Assembly (NCBI GenBank): GCA_963719495.1
Contig: CAVRCI010000004.1
Coordinates: forward strand, 288,001 to 352,000
Reading direction: 5' to 3'
Origin: an uncultured Verrucomicrobiae bacterium
GTDB taxonomy: Bacteria > Verrucomicrobiota > Verrucomicrobiia > Chthoniobacterales > JAATET01
Length of the DNA: 64,000 nt
How positions within the stretch are numbered: the first letter of the stretch is position 1; the number at the start of each line of letters is the position of its first letter. The notes under the pieces were generated by a model, which had not been told where the DNA came from, did no database searches, and was given only the letters and a program-made list of their open reading frames with translations. Positions 12,051 through 22,092 of this stretch are shown here, in pieces. A program made the position numbers and the translations under genes.

Positions 12051-12634
12051 CTACCGGGGGCAGGGGTGAGATATTGAAAGACGACGCGAGGTCTGATCGT
12101 CCCTTCGCCCGCGTGGTGGAAGAGTGCGACGTAGGTGTGGAGCTGATTGTCGAGGGCGAGGATCGCGCGTTGATACGGGTCGGTGTCGGGGAGGTCGGCG
12201 GCTTGCGTGGTTTCGGCGGCGGCGCGGATGGCGTCGAGGTGCGGGCGGAGGTCGTCGAAGCTGAGGCGGGTGGGCTTCTCGGTCGGCTGCCCGGCGAGCG
12301 CGAGCACCTGCGGGTGGACGATGCGAATGACGGGGAGGGTGTCGGCGGTCGCCGGATCGGTTAGGTGGGTGACGAGCCAGTGGAGGGGTTGAAAGTCGAA
12401 AGTCGAAAGTTGAAAGTTGAGAAGTGGATTGCGGTTTCGCCGGGAGAGTGAGGGTGGCTTTGCCGCTGAGGAGCGTGAGGGTATTGCGAGCGAGGGTGTC
12501 GAGGGGCTGGAGGCGGCCCCCGGCTTGAATCGGGATCTCGGCGAGCGGGGTGGGGGCGGGGACGCGGAGAGCAGGATGAAGGCGGTCGCGAGCAGCGCGA
12601 CGGCGGTGAGGGCTGACGTGGGGGAGCGGAGCAT
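12051..12634 (-). pseudogene. ccsA: N-terminal fragment of CcsA-type cytochrome c biogenesis protein (two frameshifts)
   Basis: AEIPIQAGGRLQPLDTLARNTL in one frame and WL...ADTLPVIRIVHPQVL...LSFDDLRP...DPYQRAILAL in another, typical of the long periplasmic N-terminus of PVC-group CcsA. Confidence 0.7.
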
Positions 12635-12738
12635 GACGAACCTGACGGGAACGAGGTTGTTCCAAATCGGGCGGAGAGAGTCGATCCAGCGTGAACCCGT
12701 TTGAGCAGTGACCCGGCGTTCGCTGGATTCTCGGAAAC

Positions 12739-13383
12739 CTATTCCTCGACCCGGTCGCCAGTGATCGCGACCTCGTCGAATTCAGCGGTGTCGTTGAACG
12801 ATCCGAAGCCCAGGCACCCGACCGGATAGCGCGTGTCGTTTGCCGTCAGCACGGGCTTTTCCTGATCATCCACCCAGACCGAGATCGCGCCGTTGGCTTC
12901 GTGGGACAACCGGATCGTCTGCCAGCCGACCCCGAGAGCTGGTTTGGGCGACTCTTCGAGTTGGATCGGGGTTCGGCCGGTGGCTTCGACTCGCATGATG
13001 ACGCTGTGCGTCTTCCCGTCGGAATCGTTGGACACGTGGGCGTAGTAGAAATGTTCTGGATCCTCGTAGCCAAAGATCAGCACGAGATCCCGACCCACTT
13101 TGCTGGTTGGCTCCAGTGATCGCGCAATGACCTCGAGCGTCGCGTTTTCCCAATGTCCGGGGGCGAGGGCATACGTGGTTGGTCCACGAACGGGGCCTTT
13201 GATTTGACCCGCCTTCGTGATGCGGAGAATCCCGTCGCGCTGCTCCCAGTGTCCCGCCGGAACCAGCTCCAGGTCGCTTTTTCCCTCGAAATCGGAACGC
13301 CATTCCGCCGCCGATGCCAACGGCCCGAGGATCACGGCTACCGCGATGGCCAAGATTGCAAGCGGGCTACGCAATGCGACCAT
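12739..13383 (-). CDS. Secreted hypothetical protein, concanavalin-A-like/DUF1080-like beta-sandwich
   Basis: Signal peptide; FGYEDPEHFYYAH...GCLGFGSFNDTAEFDEV pattern. Confidence 0.6.
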   Translation of the reverse strand: MVALRSPLAILAIAVAVILGPLASAAEWRSDFEGKSDLELVPAGHWEQRDGILRITKAGQIKGPVRGPTTYALAPGHWENATLEVIARSLEPTSKVGRDLVLIFGYEDPEHFYYAHVSNDSDGKTHSVIMRVEATGRTPIQLEESPKPALGVGWQTIRLSHEANGAISVWVDDQEKPVLTANDTRYPVGCLGFGSFNDTAEFDEVAITGDRVEE

Positions 13384-14323
13384 CCTCGTAGCCTGGCACG
13401 TTCCACGGGGCAATTGTCCCCGTCAGCGAGCTCCGAACTTCGTTGCTCATGGCCGCTTGCGAAACGGACTCCATCGGTTGGAAATTCGAGGCCATGGCCA
13501 CGTTTTCGGAAAGATGAGCCTCGGTATCCAATCCCACGATCACCGACGACACCCCGGTGAGGCTCAAGGCGTATCGGATGAGGTCGGTGCCGCGCAGGTC
13601 GGAGTTCCGCGCGTGCCGGACGGTCTTCATGCCGACGATGCCGAGATTTCGCTCAATGGCCAGGGGCAGGAGCTCGTCTTCGTAGGATCCACCATCCGGG
13701 CGATCGGCTGGGAAGATTGTCAGCAGAGCATCGGGGTCGAATCTCTCGATCGCTTCCATGAGAACGCGGGCTCCAGAGTGGCCGGTCACTCCGTAGGCTC
13801 CGATGAGGCCCTCTTCCTTCGCCCGACGCGCGGCCCGGCAGGCACCGGTTTCGATGGCGGCGAGATCGTCCGTGGGTTTGAGATTGTGGAGATGATAGAG
13901 GTCGATGCGGTCCGTCTTCAATCGGTGCAGACTGCTCTCCAATTCTCGGCGAAACCCCTCGTAGGATCGCTCGGCGGATTTACTGACGAGAAAGATGCGG
14001 TCGCGGTGTCTCTCCACGACCGGAGCGATCGTTATTTCACTGCCAGCGTAATTGTGCGACGTGTCCCAGTAATTGATGCCAGCGTCGAGGGCCTGCTTGA
14101 GAAGGGCATGGCCGCGTTCGGCTTCGCCGACAAAAGGTCGGGTGAAGGCGCTCCCCAGGCCAAGGCCTAGAATGGAGACTTCAACACCAATCCTTCCCAG
14201 CTTCCGCCGGTTCACGGTTGGAACCGATTGCGCCCGCGCCGTTCGACCGCCCAAGCCGATCCCATTGAGACCAGCCAAGCCCGCAGCGCTTCTGGCGACA
14301 AATTGACGGCGGGATGTTTTCAT
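13367..14323 (-). CDS. Aldo/keto reductase with Tat signal
   Basis: SRRQFV Tat motif; GINYWDTSHNY, SLHRLKTDRIDLYHLH, GVTGH. Confidence 0.9.
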   Translation of the reverse strand: MKTSRRQFVARSAAGLAGLNGIGLGGRTARAQSVPTVNRRKLGRIGVEVSILGLGLGSAFTRPFVGEAERGHALLKQALDAGINYWDTSHNYAGSEITIAPVVERHRDRIFLVSKSAERSYEGFRRELESSLHRLKTDRIDLYHLHNLKPTDDLAAIETGACRAARRAKEEGLIGAYGVTGHSGARVLMEAIERFDPDALLTIFPADRPDGGSYEDELLPLAIERNLGIVGMKTVRHARNSDLRGTDLIRYALSLTGVSSVIVGLDTEAHLSENVAMASNFQPMESVSQAAMSNEVRSSLTGTIAPWNVPGYEDGRIA

Positions 14324-14491
14324 TCTTCAGTTCTACCGCCGCTTCAACTCGGAATCAACTCCACCGGGACAATCGGAGTTCCTCGAGTTCCTCGACGTGG
14401 CGGACAGGCCGACCCGAACCGGATGGACCGATCCGATCCGGGGCGAGCCCGGTGTTCAGCGGCCAAGCGGAATGCTCCGGGCCCTCGCCGC

Positions 14492-15037
14492 TCACCCGGC
14501 CAAATCTCGGAAGGCGTCCCAAAGATTCCGCCGCTTCAGTTCGTCCCGGAGGACGTCGTGATCGATCACGGCAGAGGAGATTTCCAGCATTCGCCGAATA
14601 TCGCGAACGTGCTTCTCGCCGCCGCCCTCCGAGAAGTAGGTCACTTTCCAGAGGATGACGTATTCGGGTGGCGCGAAGTGGATCTCGGTGACCGTTCGTC
14701 GATTCCGCCAGGCCCAAGGGAAAAACGCGTCGTTCTGCGAAGGATAGAAGTCCGCCTTCAGCCCCGACGGAACGTGGATCACTTTGAAATGAGCCCGGCA
14801 CTCCCGGGCGTTTTCCGCGGAGATGACTTCAACGGGAGGCGTGTAAGATTCCGGCTCCGGGAAGAGGCTGGGCAGTCTTCGCACGTCGTCTGACGACAGG
14901 GCGACCGCGAGATCGATGTCGATCGTCAAGCGCGGTTCGCTGTAGAGCATCGAGCCGACTGATCCAGCAACGAGGTAGCGGGTTTCAACCGCGTGGAGTG
15001 GGCGGGCAAATAACGCTAGAAGGTCAGGTTCTTGCAC
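14492..15037 (-). CDS. Nucleotidyltransferase-fold protein (putative TA component)
   Basis: YLVAGSVGSMLYSEPRLTIDID (GS..DxD) and EKHVRDI; GTG start overlaps the upstream small gene. Confidence 0.75.
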   Translation of the reverse strand: MQEPDLLALFARPLHAVETRYLVAGSVGSMLYSEPRLTIDIDLAVALSSDDVRRLPSLFPEPESYTPPVEVISAENARECRAHFKVIHVPSGLKADFYPSQNDAFFPWAWRNRRTVTEIHFAPPEYVILWKVTYFSEGGGEKHVRDIRRMLEISSAVIDHDVLRDELKRRNLWDAFRDLAG

Positions 15038-15224
15038 AGGCGGTCTCCCGGGCCAGCTCGCGTTCGACCTCGCCCGCACTCCAATCCGGATGGGCGAGTT
15101 GGATGGCCGCCGACCGGACGCGACGCGCCGTTGCCAGCAGCCCACGGGCGACGGCAAATTTCTCCTCCGGCGTCATCGCGCGGAATCGCTCGATCTGGAT
15201 CGGATGGAGAGGCTCCAGTAACAC
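15024..15224 (-). CDS. Small helical partner protein of the nucleotidyltransferase
   Basis: 66 aa, QIERFRAMTPEEK...AHPDWS; overlapping two-gene arrangement. Confidence 0.65.
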   Translation of the reverse strand: MLLEPLHPIQIERFRAMTPEEKFAVARGLLATARRVRSAAIQLAHPDWSAGEVERELARETACART

Positions 15225-15394
15225 GCCGGGAGTGAACCAAAAGCCGCCGTTGATTCAAATCCGAAAAGGCTGGAGGGCGCTGAAAGTGATCGCTTCAGAT
15301 GGCATCGCGCTCCCCGCTTGTCGGGTTCATTCGTGTTTCGCACACTGTCTCCCATGTCCTCGGTCCATACCTCCCGTGCATTTGGCTCCGACTC

Positions 15395-15661
15395 GAATGG
15401 CACTGTTTTAAGCGAATCGTCGGCACGACTGTAGCGGCGGTCTGTGACCGCCGGAGCCATCAAACTCGGGTGCGCAAAACCCAGCGAGATGGTTTGGCGG
15501 CGGTCACAGACGCGCCGCTACAACTTCGCGCTCACCCCACCAACACCGCCAGCGTCGATCGAAAAGACCCCGGTCGCCGATGATCTCGCGCGGGACGGCC
15601 TCCAAGCCGTCCTCACCGCCTTGCGCTCTTCACCGAAAATCGGCTGAAAACAGTGCCATTC
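15395..15661. mobile_element. MITE copy 1 (267 bp)
   Basis: Terminal IRs GAATGGCACTGTTTT / AAAACAGTGCCATTC; perfect 11-bp TSD GGCTCCGACTC (15384-15394, 15662-15672); internal REP-like inverted pair. Confidence 0.9.
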
Positions 15662-16384
15662 GGCTCCGACTCCATAACCTACGGACTTCTCTGGTCGATT
15701 CCCGCGCCGACCCTGACGCAGGAGTCAATCGGCCAAGTCGGGTCCTTGGCTAACACCTTTGAAAATCGTCGTGAATTTCAGCGGGCTCTCCCGATCAACG
15801 ATTTTCTGAACGAGCCTCATTCTCTTCTGACTTCCGCGACCAGTGACGCGGACCTTCGTCCTGGCGCTGAAATTGACCTGCGAAAACACCTGTTTGATCC
15901 GAATGGTCCGTCGATTGGAGGTGTAGAGAGCGTTTGAGGCCGGATCGCCAACGATCAGAGGATCCGCTGAGTTGATCTGCACGCGACCGTTCTTCTGAAA
16001 ATTGAAGTTTAGCCGGACGTTCAGCCGACTGTCGTCGCTGAGAGTGAAGTTTTGAATCATTCGCATTTTCGCGCTGAGACCTCCGCGCCTGATCTGGAAG
16101 CGCACCTGGCCTTCTCCGGAGGATTCTGGAGGATTGGATTCTTCATCGATGACCTACACCGTTCCGTCGAAAACTCCTTTGAATCTGGAGAGATCGGTTT
16201 CGTTCGCCTTGGCGAGAACTCTCGAGCCGCCATCCGTACTGCCGGAGGGGACCTTGCTTTCGATCTTGTAGCTTGCGAGACCGGCCTCGAGGACGCCGGT
16301 CAGGGAGTTCGACGGGGTCTGGCGGTCGGTTTCCTCTCCGGCCGATTGAAGGCCCATCTCGTCAACATAAATGGTGATGATGGC

Positions 16385-17647
16385 CAGGGCCGACGCATCT
16401 AAAAATTGAGGAGGTGCAGGAGGAAGTCGTGATCCCAGGCTGCGACGAGTTGTTTGGTCTTGATGCTGCGTTTTTTGGACTTTTCGCGAGAGAGCAGGTT
16501 TAGGGCGAGGCGGCGCAGGGTGGCGAGATTCTCGGCGGCGTGAGCGGTTCGAGCGCGGGAACCATCTTCGCGCAGGATGACGTCCAAGACCCAGTGGCAG
16601 GAGTTTTCCACGCCCCAATGTCCACGGACGGCTTGAGCGAAAAGTCCGACGTCGAGGGGCAGGCTGCTCAGGAAGTAGCGTCTTTCCACGCTGATTTGAC
16701 CTTTGATTTCGCGGCTGGATTCGACCATTCCGACGCTCTGCAGCCCTTCCCATTGGCTGATGTCTGCGAACCAGTCGATGGCGACGCTTTGGAAATAGCG
16801 CCGGATTTCCAAGCGCCCGTGGCCTTTGTCGACGGTTTCCAGGAATGCGAAAGTGGGAGCGCTTGGTGGTTTCTTCGTGGATGGTTTGGGCACTGGAGGG
16901 CTCTGGAGCTCGCGATCAAATTCGGCATCGAGGAAGCTTTTGACTTCCTCATGGACGGTTTGGTGATTGCCTTTGAGAGCGAGAACGTAATCGGCGTCGG
17001 CCTCGATGATTTCTCGGGCGATCTCTTTCTGGCACCCCATCGCGTCGGTGCTCACGATGCAGCCACGCAGTTCCAACGCTCGCAGCAGCGTGGGAACCGC
17101 CGTGATTTCGTTGGTTTTGTCGGGCACTTCGAGCTGCCCCAGGACAAGTCGATTGCTGGTTGCCCAAGCATTGACGATGAAGCGCACATTCCCGCCGTCC
17201 TGGCAGGCTGCGCGGAGGGCTTTGCCGTCGACGGCGACGATTTCCCGGTCGATGTGTTCGCGCACGCTCTGCGTCCACCTCATGAAGCACTCGTGAAAAC
17301 TCGCCGGATTGATCAGCGAAAACACGCGATTGAACGTGTCGTGGCTGGGGATGCCGTTGGGCAACTTCAGAAACGTTCGGAACCATTTTTCCTTGGCCCG
17401 ACCGAACTCTTCCATGTCGTAGAAAGACGTGCCCGCGCACAAAAGCGTCGAGATCGCGATCACTAGAATGTCGCTCAACTCATGGTAGCGAGTGCGCGAT
17501 ACTCGCGGATCTTCTATGCGTTTGAACTCTTCGATCAGGCTTTTTTGGATGGGATGCGTTTCGGGCATCTCCTCCATCTACGCACGGGAAAATATAGTAC
17601 CAGCCCAAACTTCCTCCATCGCGATCTTTTTTGATGCGTCGGCCCTG
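16385..17647 (-). mobile_element. Complete ISAs1-family insertion sequence
   Basis: TIRs CAGGGCCGACGCATC / GATGCGTCGGCCCTG; 10-bp TSD TGATGATGGC (16375-16384, 17648-17657). Confidence 0.95.
16399..17577 (-). CDS. ISAs1-family DDE transposase
   Basis: DPR..., GIPSHDTF, AVDGK, KTNEITA, DAMGCQ, LKGN, HGRLEIR, RGHWGVEN. Confidence 0.97.
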   Translation of the reverse strand: MEEMPETHPIQKSLIEEFKRIEDPRVSRTRYHELSDILVIAISTLLCAGTSFYDMEEFGRAKEKWFRTFLKLPNGIPSHDTFNRVFSLINPASFHECFMRWTQSVREHIDREIVAVDGKALRAACQDGGNVRFIVNAWATSNRLVLGQLEVPDKTNEITAVPTLLRALELRGCIVSTDAMGCQKEIAREIIEADADYVLALKGNHQTVHEEVKSFLDAEFDRELQSPPVPKPSTKKPPSAPTFAFLETVDKGHGRLEIRRYFQSVAIDWFADISQWEGLQSVGMVESSREIKGQISVERRYFLSSLPLDVGLFAQAVRGHWGVENSCHWVLDVILREDGSRARTAHAAENLATLRRLALNLLSREKSKKRSIKTKQLVAAWDHDFLLHLLNF

Positions 17648-18056
17648 TGATGATGGCCGCGCCGAGAATCCCGGCGAGTACGATGACTATGACCAATTCG
17701 ATGAGGGTGAACGCGCGATTGCCAACGTGATGGGAAGGGCCTCTGCGGTTCATGAAAGAGAGTTTTCCGGGGAACTCCCCGAATTCCGATGACTATGTGA
17801 CCGTCGGTGTTCGCCGGAGAATCGCTGGCGAAGCGCTGGTGAGGATCGCGCGTGATGATCGCGCGCGAGCTGGACACGGGGACGGTCATGGATATGAATG
17901 TAAGGTGCCTCACGTGGGATGCTTTGAGAGCAGGAATATTCTCCTGACCCCTCCGCCTGCCTCTGCCTGATCCCCCCGCTGCTTGTCTGCGGCGATTGGG
18001 ACATAACGCCGACGGCTTCGAGTCAACAGTCGGAATTCATCGGCTGACCTCTTCCG

Positions 18057-18246
18057 CTGACCCCCGGTTCCGAAAAGAGTGTTCCGAAAAGAGTTGCGTT
18101 TTGCACACTGACCCCCGGTTCGTGACCTGACCCCCGGTTCGTGACCCCCGGTTCGCCCGTTTTGCACACTGACCCCCGGTTCGCCCCACCCTGATCTGTC
18201 ACCCATGTCCTCGGTCAATCTGTCACCCATGTCCTCGGTTCATACC
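18057..18246. repeat. Repeat cluster: 5x TGACCCCCGGTTC plus 2x TCTGTCACCCATGTCCTCGGT (IS-end-like); related copy at 15335-15371
   Basis: Direct repeats seen; resemblance to IS481-type ends is from recollection only. Confidence 0.7.
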
Positions 18247-18331
18247 CCGCTATTTCTTCGATATTTGCCCGCCACACTATTCCAGATAGGCTTGATTAAA
18301 CTCCACCATCTGGCTGACCAACCCCAAAAAA

Positions 18332-20966
18332 ATGCACACTCAACGCGTCCTGAAACCGCTTTCCTACTTCGTTCTCCCGGCACTCATTACGCTGATTATC
18401 TACGGAGCACCCGCTCGCGAGATCGCCCTACCCGAGAAAATGGCGGGACCGTGGAGCACGACAATCGACGTATTCCGCTCGAACGGGGCGCTTTGGTATC
18501 AGGAAGATCTAATCTTGAAGTTCAAACCCACCCGCGATGCCGGTTTCTCGATCCGCTTTATCGCCCCCGCCGCCAAAGGAAAGGGCACTTTCGACGACCG
18601 CGGTCGTTTCCGGCAATCCACCCGGGCGCTGGTTCTCACGGAAACGGACGGCTCCGAGATGTCGAAAGTCGTCACGACCGGCAGATGGAAGCAGCGAGGC
18701 AGGACTCTCGCCCTGCGCGGCAAACGAAAGGTCACCACCGAGTCCGGAGAGAAATGGACCGAAAAATTCACCCAGCGTTTCATCGTCAAAGGAAAGCGTC
18801 TCTTCCGAATCGACAAAATCTCGGGCAACCCGCCCACCAAAATCGTGTTTCGCAAGGGCAAACGCCGAACCGCCAATGGCCGCGGCGGAGCGACCGATCC
18901 CGGAATCTCCAAGATCCTCGCGGTCTCGCCCGCGCCAAACGACTTCGGCGTCAGCCCGACCACCCAGGTGCTCATCGCCATCGATAATGTCGCCGCGATT
19001 GATCCGTCCACGCTCGTTCTCAGCGTCGGCAACCAAGTCGTCACCCGGTCCAGCAATCCGCCGCTGACATTCGTCGGCAACCAAGCCCGTTTCACCCCGG
19101 CCACCGCGCTCGACTCTCCCGCACAAACCATCCAAGCCGAGATCACCTACCAGGACTATTCCGGTCGTATTCACTCGCTCTCTTGGGAATTTGAGCTGGC
19201 CCGAACGCCCGAGGTCGCGCCGAATGTCACCGTATTCGGGTCTCCGCAGACTCAGGCCTCCGGTCAGGCGCTCTCTCCCGCCGCCACCGCGGTCGCCGCC
19301 CGAGCCGCGTTTCCACCCGCGACGGCGAAAGCCGTCTTGGCTCCGGGCACCTCGTGGGAACTGACCTCGATCAGCGCCAACGAAATCGAGATCAGCTACA
19401 CCGGCACCCCTCCCGTATTCGCCGTGGACGGTCTGATCTGCAACGGCGCGCCTCCGACCGCCAACGAGATATTCTACCGCCGCATCACCGCCACCAGCGA
19501 CAATGGAGTCGGCACGATCACGCTCACAACCGTCGACGTCCCGCTGACCGACTTCATCATCAACGGATCACTCCATCTCACCGGTGATGGATTCATCGTG
19601 CTCGATTCGACCGTCGCGTCTTCGTCCGCGCTGCTGCCACCCAATACAAAACATAGCGCGCTACTCGGCTCTTTCGACCTCTCCGGTTCCTTCGGCTGGG
19701 ACGCGGGCACCTTCGGAGAGATTTACCGGGACGTCACACTCGCCGATGTCGGCGTGGCTCGGGCATCTCTGGCCGAAGCCGGATACGAGATTTCACCCTA
19801 CCTCCGCGTTTCCTTCGACATTGAGGACAGCCAACTCGAACGCCTCACCGCAATGGCCGCCGCCGGTGTCCGTGCCAGTCTGATTCCGCGATTGCAGTAT
19901 TCCGCATCGTCGAGCCTCTCCGACTCACGCGAACTCCACAATCGGGACGTATTTCGCCTGATCGGTTTCATTGGAATCGTACCGATCTGGATCGAACTCG
20001 ATTTCACCCTCACCGCCAATCTCGCCGCAACCATCAGCGGAAGCGGAGACTTCCGCACCGGCTTCTCGCGCCGAGGTTCCCTTCGAACGTCCGTGACCTA
20101 CATCCGCGGCATCGAACCGATCTGGACGTCCTCCGCTCGGGGCACTCTTTTCGAGGAAGCCCTCGGATTCGATTCGTCGGAATACCAGGTCGACGGCGAC
20201 GGCACGATCGATTTGGGCCTTGAGGGTCGACTCGACGTTCTGCTCGACAGCCTCGCCGGCGTGTTCGTTTCCACCGAGCCGACCGTTGGGACCACCACGA
20301 AATGGAAAATCGAGAACGGAGACCTCGAAGGAATAATCTGGGAAAACCACGCATTTGCGCGCCTGTCCGCCGGACTCTCCATCGCTTTCACCACCATTGA
20401 CAACGGCTTCCCGAAAGCTGATCTCAGCCTTTTCGAAAGGAACTGGTGCGAAGCGTTCCCCAACCCCGCTCCCGAAGAACTCATTATCAGCCCAATAGAG
20501 CTGTCGGATCGCTCGGGAATTCATCTGGGACCGGACGGACCCGGTCGCGGGATTTCTTATCCTGGCGAATACGTCGGTGATCTTTTTGTCGATGTCTGTC
20601 CGATTCAGGACGCAACCTACCAATGGTTCGATGCGCTTGGAGCAATTCCCGGCGAAACGAATTTATCCTATCGGCTTCCGCCGCGCGACCAACGGCGAAC
20701 CGGCGATGCTCCAGCAAGAATACACGTCGAAATCTCAACTTCCGATGAAGAATTCGCAGAGCCTTTCCGCGAAAACGAGCCTACCGGCCCGGGAAGCGGT
20801 GGCGGAAGGCCCGGCGATGAATTCGCAGAGCCCTTTCGCGAAGACGAGCCTACCGGCCCGGGAAGCAGTGGCGGGAACCAAGGCGAGGGATGAATTCGCC
20901 GAGAGATTCGTGGAACTCCCGAATGGCCTGGAAACCGGTGGAAGCGGGGGTGGGGACACTGGTTAG
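18332..20966 (+). CDS. Large secreted/surface hypothetical protein (basic N-domain, Ig-like domain, C-terminal DEFAE repeats); ORF stops at 20893, probable frameshift to 20966
   Basis: Hydrophobic N-terminus; ILAVSPAPNDFGVSPTTQVLI Ig-like start; third DEFAE repeat lies in the adjacent frame. Confidence 0.65.
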
Positions 20967-21039
20967 ACTCTTCCCACGAACAATGAACCCGCCAAATCCT
21001 TCCTTGCCCCACTCCACTTTCGGCTCGAAGCTTTCAAAG

Positions 21040-21264
21040 ATGGACTGTCGCGGAATCATCACCATCGAGCCGGGCAAGCGGGGCGGGAAGTCTTGCGTTC
21101 GCGGGATGCGGATCACCGTTTACGACGTGCTCGGCTGGCTCTCCGCCGGAATGTGTCACGCCGAAATCCTCGAGGATTTCCCCGACCTGAACGCCGACGA
21201 CATTCGTGCCTGCCTCGCGTTTGTCGCCGATCGTGACCAACACCTCGTTGGAGGCGTCGCTTGA
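21040..21264 (+). CDS. DUF433 antitoxin-like protein
   Basis: IITIEPGKRGGKSCVRGMRITVYDVL...EILEDFPDL...DIRACL. Confidence 0.92.
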   Translation: MDCRGIITIEPGKRGGKSCVRGMRITVYDVLGWLSAGMCHAEILEDFPDLNADDIRACLAFVADRDQHLVGGVA

Positions 21265-21597
21265 AGATCCTCTTCGATCAATCATAATCTCAGCCACCGC
21301 CTCATCCAACGACTGGGCGACATCTTCCCGGATTCCACTCACGTCCGACAGATCGGCATGGAGAGCGAAGATGATCTCACGATCTGGGAATACGCGCGCG
21401 AACATGGCTACATCATCGCTACGCAGGACTCAGATTTCGCAGACTTTAACCGCTTACGGGGCGCACCACCAAAGATTCTTTGGCTTCGCTGTGGCAACCA
21501 GACGGTGACGGAAATCGAACGCCGAATCCGCACCTACTTTCCCCGAATCCAATTTCTGGAAACCGACCCGAAGATCGATGTCGTTGAAGTCTGGTAG
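21261..21597 (+). pseudogene. DUF5615 PIN-like toxin, frameshifted by a 4-bp duplication
   Basis: TTG start KILFD; ATCA duplicated at 21277-21284; removal gives DHNLSHRL...IWEYA...IATQDSDF...PPKILWLRCGN. Confidence 0.85.
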
Positions 21598-21736
21598 ATC
21601 CCCCACCTGCCTCCTCAGCCGATGCCTGTTAATCGGAACTTCACTGGAGTAAAAAGGCAGGGAAGCGCATGAATAGTAGGTTTGCAGCGATTTTTGGCTT
21701 CCAGCTACTGGCTACAGCGTGAATGGGGTCAGTCGA

Positions 21737-22001
21737 GAATGGCATTGTTTTAAGCGGAACGTCGGCAGGGCTGTAGCGGCGGTCTGTGACCGCCGGTGCC
21801 GTCAGACTCGGGTGCGCAAACCCAGCGAGATGGTTGGCGGCGGTCACAGACGCGCCGCCACAACTTCGCGCTCACCCCACCAACACCGCCAGCGTTGATC
21901 GAAAAGACCCCGGTTGCCAATGATCTCGCGCGGAACGGCCTCCAAGCCGTCCTCACCTCCTTGCGCTCTTCGCCGAAATTCCGCTTAAAACAGTGCCATT
22001 C
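21737..22001. mobile_element. MITE copy 2 (265 bp)
   Basis: Closely similar to 15395-15661; 23-bp TIR with one mismatch; left TSD GGGTCAGTCGA, right TSD interrupted by IS110. Confidence 0.9.
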
Positions 22002-22092
22002 GGGTCAGGCGGCATGAAAGGCTGATGAATAGAGCTTTGCTGGGAAGTGGGGCCCGGAGAGCCTGATAAAATGGATGGTGTAAGTTGGGGTG

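Larger units (their letters stand above)
15725..17753 (-). pseudogene. Prepilin-type N-terminal protein disrupted by ISAs1 and an in-frame TAG
   Basis: RAFTLIELVIVIVLAGILGAAIIT; removing the IS and one TSD continues IYVDEMG... in frame; after TAG at 16154-16156 the frame continues into ORF 15725-16105. Confidence 0.75.

Noticed and set aside
18057..18246. Possible CRISPR array
   Set aside because: Repeats are 13-25 bp with irregular, very short spacing, no unique equal-length spacers and no cas genes
20745..20900. 69-bp repeats as a CRISPR or ncRNA array
   Set aside because: They are in-frame coding repeats of the surface protein
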